This document shows positions 17,352 through 29,010 of a stretch of 64,000 nucleotides of DNA, one piece after another; the first letter of the stretch is position 1, and every line of letters begins with the position of its first letter. The notes under the pieces were generated by a model that made no database searches, had not been told where the DNA came from, and worked only from the letters and a program-made list of their open reading frames with translations. This DNA comes from Flaccisagitta enflata (Eukaryota), in NCBI GenBank assembly GCA_965153355.1, contig OZ231126.1:7502001-7566000 (forward strand). The letters are read 5' to 3'. Position numbers and translations under genes: made by a program.

Positions 17352-19028
17352 GGTCTTGGCCACCCTGGAGTCGAGAGGACGAAACAGTCCATTACTGACA
17401 AGTTTGTTTGGCCTAATGTGAAGCAGGACGTTTGTAAGTGGGCACGGGAATGCATCCCCTGTCAACAGGCCAAGATTCAACGTCATGTTGTGCCTCCCAT
17501 CGCTGAGTTTCAAGTCCCACCAAAGCGTTTTCAACACATTCATTTGGACTTGGTCTCAATGCCTCCGTCAAATGGCCATGACCATCTTCTCACCGTCGTG
17601 GACCGTTTTTCAAGATGGCCAGCAGCCTTCCCCATCCCCAACATAAATGCAGAGACAGTGATAGACACCCTCGCCCATGGATGGATTTCAGTCTATGGAG
17701 TGCCTGAAGTCATCACTACTGACCGTGGGAGTCAGTTTTCTTCGCAAGTTTTTACTCAGTTGCTGAAGACATGGGGCATCCGTCATATCATGACAACAGC
17801 TTACCACCCGGAAGCCAATGGGATGGTGGAGCGACTCCATCGTCGCCTAAAGGAAAGTTTGATCGCCCTTGGCAGAGGCGAAAGACTCCAGTGGTTTTGG
17901 AAGCTGCCCATGACGCTTCTCGCCCTACGCACAACCATCAAACCGGATATAGGAGCATCTCCTTCGGACCTGGTCTTTGGCGAGGGCATAACAGTTCCAG
18001 GCCAGCTAATCGGCCCACCAAATCTAAGTGATGAGGAACTACTTCGTCAGCAGCGTTCTACTCTCAGCAACATCAGACTAGAAGTTGAAAGACTACAACC
18101 AACTCCCACTTCCGCTCACCGAAATCCTCAGGTCAACATCCCCGATGACTTATCAACAGCCACCCATGTACTCGTCAGAAAAGGGGTTCAACCATCGTTG
18201 ACAGCGCCTTATGAAGGACCCTATGAGGTGGTCTCTCGTCACCCAAATGGTTTCAGGCTTCGTTTGCCTGGAAGAGGTACTGATATAGTAGCTCTCGCTC
18301 GTCTCAAACCTGCAATTGTCGCACCGGAAGATCAACGTGATGAGGACGTGGATAATGACGTCACGCCACCGTCTCCACCTCCTCCTGGTCGTCCACCTGG
18401 CATCAGGACCAGGCAGCCCGCGCCAACAACGCGTCAGACGCGCAGCAGCACGCAGCAGCAGCAGCAGCCTCGTCAGCAGCAGCAGCAGCAGCAGCAGCGG
18501 CAGCCTCAACAGCAGCAGCCTCGACAGCAGCAACAGCCACAGCCAGGGTTGACTCATGAGCCCAACAATAGCTCAGCTCCAGCTTCGCAGACTCCGTGCT
18601 CCAGCAGGGATGTCCCTGGAGAACCTCTACCAGACTCACCTCCTCCTCCTTCTCTTCCTCCTCGTCGTCCTCGACGACAACCGCAACGAGAAGATCCGCC
18701 TCCAATCGACCCGTCAGGCAGGGTAGACGTGCCTGATGACCCGAACTTATCCACCTGCCCAGACCTGGTGGGAGAGCAAATCATTGCTGATGCGTTTCCA
18801 CACCTTCCGGACCCTCTCAGCCGCGATCCAAACGATGTGGACCAGCCATTGGTCCCTCCTCGCGAACCGTCCAATCAGGAGCCTCAGTCAGACTCTCAGC
18901 GTCAAGGGGGCGCATCAAGGCAAAGGGTACTTTCATTCTCAAAACCTAAAAAGGGCAATTTTTCCTACAGACGTCGTAGGCCTGACATCAACGCATTGAA
19001 AGCAATCCTAGCAGATGTGGCTAGCTAA
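17346..19028 (+). pseudogene. pol: Truncated pol of element A: integrase (HHCC remnant, DDE core, GPY/F) plus Pro/Gln-rich tail
   Basis: ORF track 17418..19028 extends upstream in frame to 17346; motifs HLDLV, TTDRGSQF, NGMVERLHR, PYEGPY; no gag, PR, RT or RNase H. Confidence 0.9.
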
Positions 19029-19249
19029 TTATGTGTCTCTTACTTTAGCGTTTACTTTTACTCTCACTTTCGTTAGTGTCAACTCTATTCCGTCGTGTGG
19101 TCAGGGCACAATAAACCTGGTTCATTTGCATAATGTAGTGCATCAGAGGACGCAACCTCTTTAAAAAAAGTTTTTTCGTCACTTTATATCATGTTCACTC
19201 ACGTCTTTCGTAGACTGCTCCCGCTTACCCGTACACAGTCTAGGGGGCG

Positions 19250-20653
19250 TGTGGCTCTCGGTAGTATGTTTACTTTTTGTTATAAAAAATAATACTCACC
19301 TTGCCTTTTGTTCGTGTCCTTATATGGTGGCATACCTTATATAGGTGTCAACAATCTCATTTGCATATTAGCGTCAGTTTATGTCTCATCATGTCAGTCA
19401 CCTCATTCCCTACCCCATGATGTAACTCCCATGTCCGTAACGTCTATGGTTCATGAGTTATGGTGTAATAACATATGGTACCTCATTTACATATTATGGT
19501 CTCGTTACATTTGCTATTTAAATTTCTCACTCGGTCTGATTTCAAATCTGGCGTCCATTTTGCTCTAGGAGCTATGGTGTAAAAGATAGCAGACCGATGG
19601 GGTTATGTTCTCAAGCCTATGAGCGGCCAGTCCCATGGGGGTGGGCCTCATTGGATTGGGCCTGCATATTGTGGCGAGGATAATGAGCTTTGTGATGGCT
19701 TTGCACGCCCATTATCTCCTATCAACAGTATCTCAAAATAAGGGGTCAGGTTTAACCCCCTATACAAATGTTTCATCCTGATGGCCGATCCAGATCATTT
19801 TTATAGAGGTGAAAAGCCTCTGCAGTCCCCGGATTCGATCCTTGGACCTTTGGATCCAAGGTTCTCTCCCTTACCAGTCTCGCCACGGCGGCTGCAAGGA
19901 TTAACCTGCCAAAGCCTAAGGTGGTTCTTCCCCTCTTTGTTTTCTGCTTTGTTTTCCCCTTAATTTTCCTAAGTATGAGTGATTACATACTGTGCCCACA
20001 CTTAGCCTTATCCGATTACTATGATATTTGGTACATGCATAGATTAGCCTTAGAGAAAATGATTGGCGTTTTTGGTTTCCTCATTTTCGGCCAGGCTTAG
20101 CGACCCTGCCCAAATAACTTCTTTAGAAATTATCTCTATCTCTAACTTTTGCTTAATTAACTTATTCAAGCCTTTTGTTTGCTTCTACTTTAACAGAAGG
20201 ATTTGCCTTCTTGAATTTTGGATTAAGATGTTCATTTGTCATCAGGTCAGGTGACCTTCCCTCGTCCCCTCCGTGGTCACATGACCTTCCCAAGATGGCT
20301 GCCGCCATGGCAGGCAGCATGGCCAGATTGCTTACCTGTGGAATCTGTTTCGTTTATTCTGGTTCTTGTTTCTTAGCCAGAAAGGCTATAGTTTTCTCTC
20401 CTCGATTTTATTGCTATAAATAAAAGGCCTAAGGGTCTTACATTGAACTTGTGTTTTTATTTATGCTTGGGTGATTAGCCCAAAGCCAATAAGTACCCTC
20501 AAGGGTACCGAAGGACTTGAGGCTCCTGCCTCTGACCCTGTCCTTTGTGTTAAGACTTGTGTTTCGATGGTAAATAAGCTTTGTGCTTTAAAGCATGTTG
20601 TAAAGACATTAAATAACATTGGAGTCAATTTAACTGCTATTTACCTCGCTACA
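19250..20653 (+). repeat. 3' LTR of element A (1404 bp)
   Basis: Follows PPT, TG..CA ends, blocks homologous to the D/E and F LTRs. Confidence 0.9.
19821..19896 (-). ncRNA. tRNA-like module in the A LTR
   Basis: Homologous to 60227-60303; A box TGGCGAGACTGG, B-box variant GGATCGAATCC, T4 a few nt downstream. Confidence 0.5.
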
Positions 20654-20692
20654 GGGTTAGGGTTAGGGTTAGGGTTAGGGTTAGGGTTAGGG

Positions 20693-20723
<31 letters not shown>

Positions 20724-21091
20724 AGGTTGAGGAAGTAGAGGTGAAAGAGGCTGTGCCAGGCCAGGCCAGGCCAGGGCAGTGTTGTGCCAGGCTAGGCCAG
20801 GCTGGTTGTGCTAGGCCAGTTGTGCTGTGTGCTAGGCCAGGTTGTGCTGTGTTGTGCAGTGCCAGGCCAGCTGTGCCAGGCTTGTGCTGTGGTGCCAGGG
20901 TTGTACAGGCCAGTTGTGCAGGGCTAGCTTGGGTTGTGCTGGTTGTGTTGTGTTGTGTTGTGTTGTGTTGAGGTTGTGCTGTGTTGTGTTGTGTTGTGGT
21001 TAGGCTGGCCAGTTGTGGTTAGGTTGGCTTGGTTGTGGGGCTAGGCTAGGTTAGGAAGGGTTAGGGTTAGGGTTAGGGTTAGGGTTAGGGT
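20654..21091 (+). repeat. Telomeric (TTAGGG)n tract 1 with degenerate centre
   Basis: Perfect TTAGGG at both edges; CCAGG/CTAGG/TTGTG-like centre. Confidence 0.9.
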
Positions 21092-21589
21092 TGTAGATAA
21101 CTAAGTTATCGGAGAGACTAGTCTGCTCTATGTATAAAAGCATAGGAGACAATACAAGAAGCTTGTAACCCTTCACACGAAATTGTGGTCAACCACTACA
21201 CAAGTAACCAGGTAGAACAAGACTGAGGAAGGAGGGTAAGCCTCCTTCTTTTAAGGGGATCCAGGGACAGGAAGTGGATCCTGATTGGCTGACCGATTTA
21301 TGAAAAAGGGTCCTTCAATCCTGTTCTAGAATATTCCAAAAGAGGATTGAAGGCGGCTAAATCTACTGCCAAATGAGGCGCTCTCATTGGCCAGAATAGT
21401 TAAGAGAAAGGCAGCTTCAATCCGCCTCGCGAACGGATGTAATAATCCTGTAACACTTTAACATGAAGAAGCTGTTACAACACAAAGTAAGAGTAAGGTC
21501 CTAAAAGCTAAACGCTGAATCTAGTGTCTTCTACTAAGCTGGTCCCTAAGGATTGCCAGCAATAATCCTACAGGCCTTGGGAGGCCACA
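21092..21589 (-). repeat. 3' LTR of element B (498 bp)
   Basis: Direct repeat of 28501-28998; adjacent to PPT. Confidence 0.96.
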
Positions 21590-21783
21590 CGCCCCCCAGA
21601 TCGTACGTAATCGGAGTAAGGAATAAACGTAAACGAGAATTGCGTCGATCTATCGCAATGGAACGGATGAATGCTATATACAAGATTTCGAAGTGAGGTT
21701 ACGTAAAAACTTAGTACACGTCGGAATAAAAAGATGTAAAAATGTAAAAACGGAGTTACATTAAAGGCATTAACGAAAACACG

Positions 21784-24700
21784 CTACGAATTTAAGTGTT
21801 CGTGAATCAAATTAAAAAGGGCGTTAACATCTGGTCTTCTTCTTTGGTACGAAAAGTTCCCAGGTTTCGGCTTGGAGAATGACAGGATTCGTTTCCGGGA
21901 TGGAGGAGGGTTTGTCGTTTTGTCGGGGAGAGGTTCAGTTTGGTTCGGTCGTTGCTTCGAGAATTTTCGTTCGTTCTCTTTCGTGAAGAAGCGCGTAGGA
22001 CCGGAGTTGCATGGAGCTTTGGGATCGTCTGGGGGCTCGCATTGGCAAGGCGCCAGGTTTGTGTCGGAAGGAGTGTGACCGTCGAACGGGTCATTAGACT
22101 CGTCGGGGGTAGACGGAGGCGATGGTGCGCTCGAAGGGTTCGGTGTGGTGTCTGATTCTTGTGCGACGGTTGGAGTCCGGAGCCTTCTCAGCCTACGGAG
22201 GTGTTCATCCTCTGAGTCGGTATCGACGGGGTTGGATCGGTTCTTGGCTTGAGCTGATGTTCCTTCGCCCGGATCAAAGTTGAGTGGGTCGGGGTCGCGA
22301 ACGTCGGCTCCACTTTGTTGACGGGTGACGCGAGTTGTAGTATCCGGCTGCCTCGTTCGAGGTCCTGGTCTTCGACCGGGAGGTGGAGGAGAGGGAGGAA
22401 TTTGATCGTCGAGATCGTCGGAATTTTGTGTTGAGTCTGAGTTGTCGGCGTAAGCCGGCTTCACCCGTGCGAGAGCGATTTCTTCGATGCCGCGACCTGG
22501 CAAGTGGACCTTGACGCCGGTTTGCGTGCGCGATTCGACGCGGTAGGGTCCAACATATGGTTGTGTCAACGGCGGTTGTACGCCCCCCCGGCGTATCATG
22601 ACGTGAGTCGCATTCTGTAAATCGTCGGGAATGTGGACGTCGGGGATGCGATGAGCGGAGGTCTGGGTTGGTTGAAGTCGTTCGACTTCAAGGCGGAGGC
22701 CGGCCAGTGCGTTTTGCCGTTGTTGATTTGTGTTTTGGCCGTTTGAGAAACTCGGGAGGAGATCACCGGGCACTGCGATGCCTTCTCCGTAGACAAGGTC
22801 GGAAGGTGAGGCGCCAATGTCCGGCTTGAGTGTCGTCCTAAGTGAGAGGAGAGCCATTGGTAGCTTCCAAAACCAGCGGCTGGTGTCATCGTCGCAGAGT
22901 GCCATGAGGGACTCTTTGAGCCTCCGGTGAAGACGTTCTACCATACCGTTGGCTTCCGGATGGTAGGCCGTTGTAGTGTTGTGGCGAATACCCCACGTTT
23001 CGAGGAGTTGCGTCCAAACCGCGGAGGTAAATTGGCTTCCGCGGTCAGTAGTTATTGTTTCTGGGACGCCAAAGGACGCGACCCATCCGTGAGCGAACGC
23101 GTTGATGACTGATTCTGTCGTGATGTCTTTGAGGGGGAACGCGGCGGGCCATCTCGAAAATCGGTCGATCATTGTGAGGAGATAGCGGTGGCCGTCCGAT
23201 TCCGGCATCATCGTTATGTCGGCGTGCACGTGCGAAAAGCGGCGATTCGGGACGACGAATTCGTGGATTGGCGGTACGGTATTGCGGCCGACTTTGGAAC
23301 GTTGGCAGTGGAGGCAATTGCGGGCCCAACGTGAGACGTCGGAGCGGAGGGATGGCCAGACGAATTTGTTCCGGACCATTTGCCTTGTGCGTTCGATACC
23401 TGGGTGTCCCAGGCCGTGAATGGAGTCGAAAACGCGTTGACGCCAGGAGAAGGGCACGAAGGGCCGCGCCGGTCCGTTGGAAACGTCAACGAAGAGGTCG
23501 AAATTCCCAATGGGGATCTTTCGAAGCGTAAGTCCCGAGTTTGGGTCGTTGGAGAGTCGACGAAAATCTGCGTCAAGTGGTTGGTCGCGCGCCATTTCGG
23601 CGAAGTCGATGCCAAGCGCGGAGATTGAATTGATCGTCGTGCTCAATTCTTCGATTTTGGTTTCGTTGACTGGTTTGTTGATAGAGCAGATAGGTGTTTT
23701 GTCGGCATTTGACGTCGTTGCTTTGAGGCTGTCGAGGATGCAGTTGCCGACGCAATTAATGCTACCAGCTTTGATGCAGTTGATTGCCGTAATAAACACG
23801 TGTTCCTCATCCTCGCCGTTAGGTCGGGAGAGGGCATCTGCGACTACATTTGCTTTTCCGCGCAGATAACGGATATCCGTTGTGAATTCCGCTATGTTGG
23901 ACAACTGATAAGTTTGACGCGCGGTGTGGGGTTCCGACTTCTTTGATAAGGCCGGGATGAGCGACTGGTGGTCCGTATACAACGTAAAGTTGCGGCCCTC
24001 TAGGAGGTGTCGGAAGTGGCGGATGGAGCGATGGGCGGCCAGCAGCTCGCGGTCAAATGGGGGCCATTCGCGTTGAGTTCCTTTTAGCCGTGCGCTGAAG
24101 AATGCGAGCGGTTCCCATCCTGTTGGTCCTCGTTGTTCGAGAACTCCGCCCATGGCAATCTTTGATGCGTCGGTTGTAAGCGCGAGTGGCGCGTTAGGGC
24201 GGGGGTGATGTAGAAGTGCGGCCTTGGCGAGAGCTTCTTTGATCGCTTGGAACGAAGTTTCGCAGCCGGCTGTCCAATCGAGCTTTCTGGGTTTCCCTTC
24301 CAGGGCGCCGTAGAGATTGTCGAGATGTTCGGTGGCGTGGCGGATGTTTCGCCGGTAGTAACCCACCATGCCCAAGAACCGTTGGAGCTCTTTGACGGTG
24401 GTGGGAGCCTTAGTCGCGCGGATTGCTTCGACTTTGTCGGGTAGCGGTACGATGCCGTTTTGGTCGACGTGGAAGCCGAGGAAGTCAAGCTCGCTAACGC
24501 CGAGGACGCATTTTGCGCGGTTTACGACCAGTCCGTTTTCGGCGAGGAGGTTGAAGATTTGTTTGAGGTGGGACATATGCTCTTCCGGCGAGTTTGAAAA
24601 TACCAGAATGTCGTCCAAATAGACGAAACAGAAGGGCAAATCTCCCAGGATCGCGTCCATCATGCGTTGGAAGTCTTGACCCGCGTTTTTTAGCCCAAAA

Positions 24701-25713
24701 GGGCATCGCGGGAAAATGAAGAGTCCAAAGGGTGTAATGACGGCAGTTTTTCCTATGTCTGCCTCGGCCACCGGTATTTGGTGGTACCCTTTCAATAGAT
24801 CGACTTTTGAAAAGACCGTTTTGCCGTGAAGATTGGTGGTGAAGTCCGTTAGTGACTTTACCGGGTACTTGTCGTCTATTGTGGCATTGTTGAGTCGGCG
24901 ATAGTCGCCGCAAACTCTCCATCCTCCGCATGGGAAGTTTGCGGCGCACGAGCAAGGAGAGCTGCAAGGTTTTTGAGCGACCATGAGAGGGGACGCCCAT
25001 TCGCTTTTGCCCCGGTAACAAACTCCTAGATCGACGAGTTTTTGAAATTCCTTTCGGGCGATCTCGAGTTTTTCCGGATTTAGTTTGCGCGCTTTTGATT
25101 GAATTGGGTGACAATTTGTAGGAATGTGGTGCTTGACACCGTGGGAGACGTCTTTTGGGGTGAACGACGGTGTAGAAAGCGTGGGGTAGCTGTCCAGAAG
25201 TTGATAAAAGGGGTCGGCCTTTTGGTCGACGAGGTTTATGTTGGTAACCCGATTGGGTTGATTATTGCAGCGGTCGCCCACGGGTATTTCGGACCAGTCG
25301 TTAAGGTCAATGAGGCAACGATCGCGATGGTTCGGAGCAAGATAAAAACGATTTAGGAAGTCGGCTCCTAAAATCGGTTGACGGACATCGGCTATGATGA
25401 ACGTGAAGTCGAACTCGCGATCGTCTATACAGACTTGGCGGTCTGTAAGGCCGTAACAAGGGATGTCAGACCCATTAGCTGCTTGGAGTTTCCAGGCGTT
25501 GGGTCCTGATGCGCGTTGTTGAGGGGTGGGAGGCACAATCGACCATAGGGCGCCGCCGTCGATTAGCCATCGAGTCTTGTCATTTGAGTCTTCGGCGTAG
25601 AGAAGGTGATTGCCGCCTTTTATGTCGCGGGGGAGTGCGGCGTTTACTTCTGCCCCGCTTTGCCGTTTCCCGCAAATCGTTTTTCGTCGAAGCGGGAGCA
25701 CCCAACGTCGCAT
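21784..25713 (-). CDS. pol: Pol of element B (PR-RT-RNase H-IN), probably entered by -1 frameshift at 25665-25671
   Basis: LIDGGA, ILGADFL, YLDD, TDASK, TDHQSL, VADALSR, HGLGH..CLHC, TTDRGSQF, PYVGPY in Gypsy order. Confidence 0.96.
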   Translation of the reverse strand: MRRWVLPLRRKTICGKRQSGAEVNAALPRDIKGGNHLLYAEDSNDKTRWLIDGGALWSIVPPTPQQRASGPNAWKLQAANGSDIPCYGLTDRQVCIDDREFDFTFIIADVRQPILGADFLNRFYLAPNHRDRCLIDLNDWSEIPVGDRCNNQPNRVTNINLVDQKADPFYQLLDSYPTLSTPSFTPKDVSHGVKHHIPTNCHPIQSKARKLNPEKLEIARKEFQKLVDLGVCYRGKSEWASPLMVAQKPCSSPCSCAANFPCGGWRVCGDYRRLNNATIDDKYPVKSLTDFTTNLHGKTVFSKVDLLKGYHQIPVAEADIGKTAVITPFGLFIFPRCPFGLKNAGQDFQRMMDAILGDLPFCFVYLDDILVFSNSPEEHMSHLKQIFNLLAENGLVVNRAKCVLGVSELDFLGFHVDQNGIVPLPDKVEAIRATKAPTTVKELQRFLGMVGYYRRNIRHATEHLDNLYGALEGKPRKLDWTAGCETSFQAIKEALAKAALLHHPRPNAPLALTTDASKIAMGGVLEQRGPTGWEPLAFFSARLKGTQREWPPFDRELLAAHRSIRHFRHLLEGRNFTLYTDHQSLIPALSKKSEPHTARQTYQLSNIAEFTTDIRYLRGKANVVADALSRPNGEDEEHVFITAINCIKAGSINCVGNCILDSLKATTSNADKTPICSINKPVNETKIEELSTTINSISALGIDFAEMARDQPLDADFRRLSNDPNSGLTLRKIPIGNFDLFVDVSNGPARPFVPFSWRQRVFDSIHGLGHPGIERTRQMVRNKFVWPSLRSDVSRWARNCLHCQRSKVGRNTVPPIHEFVVPNRRFSHVHADITMMPESDGHRYLLTMIDRFSRWPAAFPLKDITTESVINAFAHGWVASFGVPETITTDRGSQFTSAVWTQLLETWGIRHNTTTAYHPEANGMVERLHRRLKESLMALCDDDTSRWFWKLPMALLSLRTTLKPDIGASPSDLVYGEGIAVPGDLLPSFSNGQNTNQQRQNALAGLRLEVERLQPTQTSAHRIPDVHIPDDLQNATHVMIRRGGVQPPLTQPYVGPYRVESRTQTGVKVHLPGRGIEEIALARVKPAYADNSDSTQNSDDLDDQIPPSPPPPGRRPGPRTRQPDTTTRVTRQQSGADVRDPDPLNFDPGEGTSAQAKNRSNPVDTDSEDEHLRRLRRLRTPTVAQESDTTPNPSSAPSPPSTPDESNDPFDGHTPSDTNLAPCQCEPPDDPKAPCNSGPTRFFTKENERKFSKQRPNQTEPLPDKTTNPPPSRKRILSFSKPKPGNFSYQRRRPDVNALFNLIHEHLNS

Positions 25714-26786
25714 TTTTTGGCCTTATTACCGTAAAAGTTGTGGTAATAGCAAAGGCTTGGGTCATTGGTTGGTTGCGGTTTTGATTGCGGAGCCGGAGTT
25801 TGCGGTTTGTGCGGCGTTTGGGGTTTTTGCGGTCGGCTTCTGCCTCCGCGATTGCTGAATCCGCCGCCTCGTTGGTTTGGGAAACGACGGTTGACGGCGT
25901 TGATGTCGTCGCATTCGTCGGAGAAAGGCGCGGTGTAGTCGTCAACGGAAGTTTGGACAGCGTTGATTGATGCTGTTTTGTTGGGTTGGCGGAGTTTGCC
26001 ATCCTGATCGAAATAGGCATCGGCGTATTTTGCGGCTTCCTCAAGGGAGAAAGTTTCGATGCGTTCTTGGAGCATCCTTTGGACATCCGTTGGGAGTTCG
26101 CGGATTAGCATCTCCTTTTTGACGTCTTCAAGGTCGATGTCCTTGGTTTTGTCGTTGAGGAGGGCGACGTATTGGGACGGCCTTTTGCTGTCGCGTTTGA
26201 GACCATCGAGTATTACTGCGGCTCGTTGCTGCTTTGTTGTGCCGTATTCCGAACGAAGGTAGTTGAGGAATGCGGTCCAGTTTGCCTCGGTTGGGTCGCC
26301 CCAGAGGTACTCGTTGATTCTAGGGTTGAAGTCGACTGGAAACTTAGTTTCCAGGAAGGCGAACTTTTCCCTCGGCGTGTTGCAGAGGGCGCGGATGAAC
26401 GCATTTTCTGTTCGTCTTATCCAATGGTCGACGTTCTTCTTGTCGAATGCGGGAATTTCCGGTTTTCTTTTGATCGCGTCAGGGACTTGCGCCGCGGCGG
26501 CTGCGGTCTCATTGCGCATTTCGGCGCGCATTTCATTGCGAAGTTCCTCGCGGATTGCGTCTAGTTGCGCTTGTGTAGCCATGTTTCCTTCTTCGGCGTC
26601 GGCGAAGTTTTCGGCTGCTTGGTTTAGTTGCTGCGGAGCTGGTTGAGGGAAGTTAAAAGCTCCTGGACCGGTTGGGCTTGGCGTTCGAGAGCGGATTATT
26701 TCGGCGCGGCCAAGGCCGTGACTGGGGACTTGGAGATGCTGTCGTGTTTCGCGGGCTGCTGCTCGTTGTTCTCGCGGCGTTTGCAT
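25644..26786 (-). CDS. gag: Gag of element B
   Basis: 380 aa upstream of and overlapping pol; C-terminal CYYHNFYGNKAKKCDVGC (Cx2Hx9Cx3C); homologous to the other Gags (KPEIPAFD..WIRR). Confidence 0.93.
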   Translation of the reverse strand: MQTPREQRAAARETRQHLQVPSHGLGRAEIIRSRTPSPTGPGAFNFPQPAPQQLNQAAENFADAEEGNMATQAQLDAIREELRNEMRAEMRNETAAAAAQVPDAIKRKPEIPAFDKKNVDHWIRRTENAFIRALCNTPREKFAFLETKFPVDFNPRINEYLWGDPTEANWTAFLNYLRSEYGTTKQQRAAVILDGLKRDSKRPSQYVALLNDKTKDIDLEDVKKEMLIRELPTDVQRMLQERIETFSLEEAAKYADAYFDQDGKLRQPNKTASINAVQTSVDDYTAPFSDECDDINAVNRRFPNQRGGGFSNRGGRSRPQKPQTPHKPQTPAPQSKPQPTNDPSLCYYHNFYGNKAKKCDVGCSRFDEKRFAGNGKAGQK

Positions 26787-28500
26787 TGGGTGATGTTTGA
26801 GAAGGCTCGGCGTTGTTCAAGGAATGGCATGAAAGGAAAGTGTAGGACGGATTAGGTGTTGCTAAAAGTAAAAAGGTTAGATACACAACACAATCTACCC
26901 CGGTTCACCTGACTGGGCAGGTGCTTTTGCCTGCACCGAGGTCCTCCTTTCGCCACTGTTCCTGTCTGGGCTGGACGGACAACGGCGGCTTCAAGCCCGC
27001 TGAAGCTGCGGTATTCAGGATGTGGAGCTTTAAGCGGCCTCCAGGGGTTTAGGAGACCGGTGCTCTTGAGGACGCGGCGTGGAAGAGCGAGCGTAGCCCA
27101 ATTCGTTTGGCCGCTACGAGACGAGAGGTTTGGCAGCAGTTTTGGAGTTTGTTGAAAATCTCATTTGCATATCGTGGCGCCGGAGACGGAAAGTTGGATG
27201 ACCGTTGGAATCAGGGAGGTCAACTTGCCCAGGTGCGGTGAAGTTTCCCCGCTGTGGGACGAGCGGTTCAGGAGATACAGCTGTTCAAAGTTTTCGTGTT
27301 GAGGTAATTAGCATATTGCGGCTTAGGAGTATCGGAATTGGTCTTGTAAGATGTTTGTTGGATGCGCAATGCTTGACTTGGGGGGGGCGGAGCCAATCAG
27401 AATTGAGGTATCTTGTACCGTTTTCGAGATATTTGAGGTTAAGCGTCGGCGAAGGGAGATTTTCTGGTTATTTGACCGTAGCTTCGCCGTGATTGGTCAA
27501 AAGTCGAATCGGAGCTCAGGCTTTTGTTCGTGCTGCTTTTGCGCTTCCGATGAACCCCCCACAAGTAGGGTTTGGATGAATCGTTGAGAAGTTGGTTGGA
27601 CAACCCTCCTGGGTTGTTTGATCATCGATGTGGCCAAATCAAGGACAGAGAAGCAATGGCCTTTATTTTTTTGAAGATTCGGCGAGAAGAGATTGGTGTG
27701 CTCTCAGATGGTAAAAACGGCGGCCCTGGGTCTCGAAACCACAGGGACCATCTGAGGAGTGAATGGGATTTGGCCCGGACATATGCCAGAACCTATGGAA
27801 TGTAGATCTCAATGAAATGTTCCTAGGTTTCAGGTGCATATGCATGTGGGTGGAGGTCAGTCAAGTAAGTCAATACCCAAGGGAAAGCAAAATTATGATG
27901 CCAGGTCAGACTCCTGGACTTGTGATCCCTAGCGGTCCTTTGGTTCCGACAGACAGACGGAACCGCAGGCACAGAGTGTATGGATATATTAGTGTGCAAC
28001 CTGCACATGCGACCTTGACTCCGAATCCTACCCAGCAATCCAAAGCAGAGCTAAAAAACAGGGACTCAACTATGCCAGGGAACCCTTAAGAGGGTATGGC
28101 TGCCCACCACTGCACTTGGAATCTGGGACTTGGAGACGGATGGGTTGTGACCTCCAACTGCCACTGTGAGTTTTTCTCCAGGCTGTTTCTATATGGTTAG
28201 CCCTCTCAAGGCACGCAAAGAGAGGCATTGACCAGGGAATCACCCCTTGCTACTAGTCAGACTTCCATATAGCACCAGACAAGGAGATGGCATAACTGCC
28301 TCGGGCTGAGGGTACTACTGGTTTATCACAATCTACTATGGTTTGGAAAAGGACTAACATGAGGGAACCCTTAAGAGGGTATCAAAGCCAGTTCCGCCCC
28401 GCACCAGTTTCCCACTCTGTGGAGCCTCCCTCCGGTGGATGCCGCTCCTGGGCAGAGGCCACCAGGTTGGATTTACAGTCCGATAGATCGGGCTCACCAG

Positions 28501-28998
28501 TGTAGATAACTAAGTTATCGGAGAGACTAGTCTGCTCTATGTATAAAAGCATAGGAGACAATACAAGAAGCTTGTAACCCTTCACACGAAATTGTGGTCA
28601 ACCACTACACAAGTAACCAGGTAGAACAAGACTGAGGAAGGAGGGTAAGCCTCCTTCTTTTAAGGGGATCCAGGGACAGGAAGTGGATCCTGATTGGCTG
28701 ACCGATTTATGAAAAAGGGTCCTTCAATCCTGTTCTAGAATATTCCAAAAGAGGATTGAAGGCGGCTAAATCTACTGCCAAATGAGGCGCTCTCATTGGC
28801 CAGAATAGTTAAGAGAAAGGCAGCTTCAATCCGCCTCGCGAACGGATGTAATAATCCTGTAACACTTTAACATGAAGAAGCTGTTACAACACAAAGTAAG
28901 AGTAAGGTCCTAAAAGCTAAACGCTGAATCTAGTGTCTTCTACTAAGCTGGTCCCTAAGGATTGCCAGCAATAATCCTACAGGCCTTGGGAGGCCACA
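28501..28998 (-). repeat. 5' LTR of element B (498 bp)
   Basis: Followed on the minus strand by PBS; direct repeat of 21092-21589. Confidence 0.96.
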
Positions 28999-29010
28999 CG
29001 CCCCCCAGAT

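Larger units (their letters stand above)
17346..20653 (+). mobile_element. Element A: 5'-truncated Ty3/Gypsy LTR retrotransposon (integrase part, 3' UTR, PPT, 3' LTR)
   Basis: Integrase homology starts at IHGLGHPGVER (17346); PPT TCTAGGGGGCG 19239-19249; LTR TGTGGC..GCTACA 19250-20653 followed by GGGTTAGGG. Confidence 0.93.
21092..28998 (-). mobile_element. Element B: full-length Ty3/Gypsy (CsRn1-type) retrotransposon, inverted
   Basis: Two 498-bp LTRs (21092-21589, 28501-28998) that appear identical; PBS TGGTGAGCCCGA at 28488-28499(-); PPT TCTGGGGGGCG at 21590-21600(-); intact gag and pol. Confidence 0.97.

Noticed and set aside
20720-21060. Degenerate spacer centres as biological variant repeats or CRISPR-like spacers; ORF 20471..20971
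   Set aside because: Motifs match known nanopore telomere miscalls; there is no repeat-spacer regularity; the ORF only reads through repeats.
21807-26855. Many antisense and alternate-frame ORFs over gag/pol (also in C, D, E)
   Set aside because: Shadow ORFs of long coding sequence; not conserved between families.
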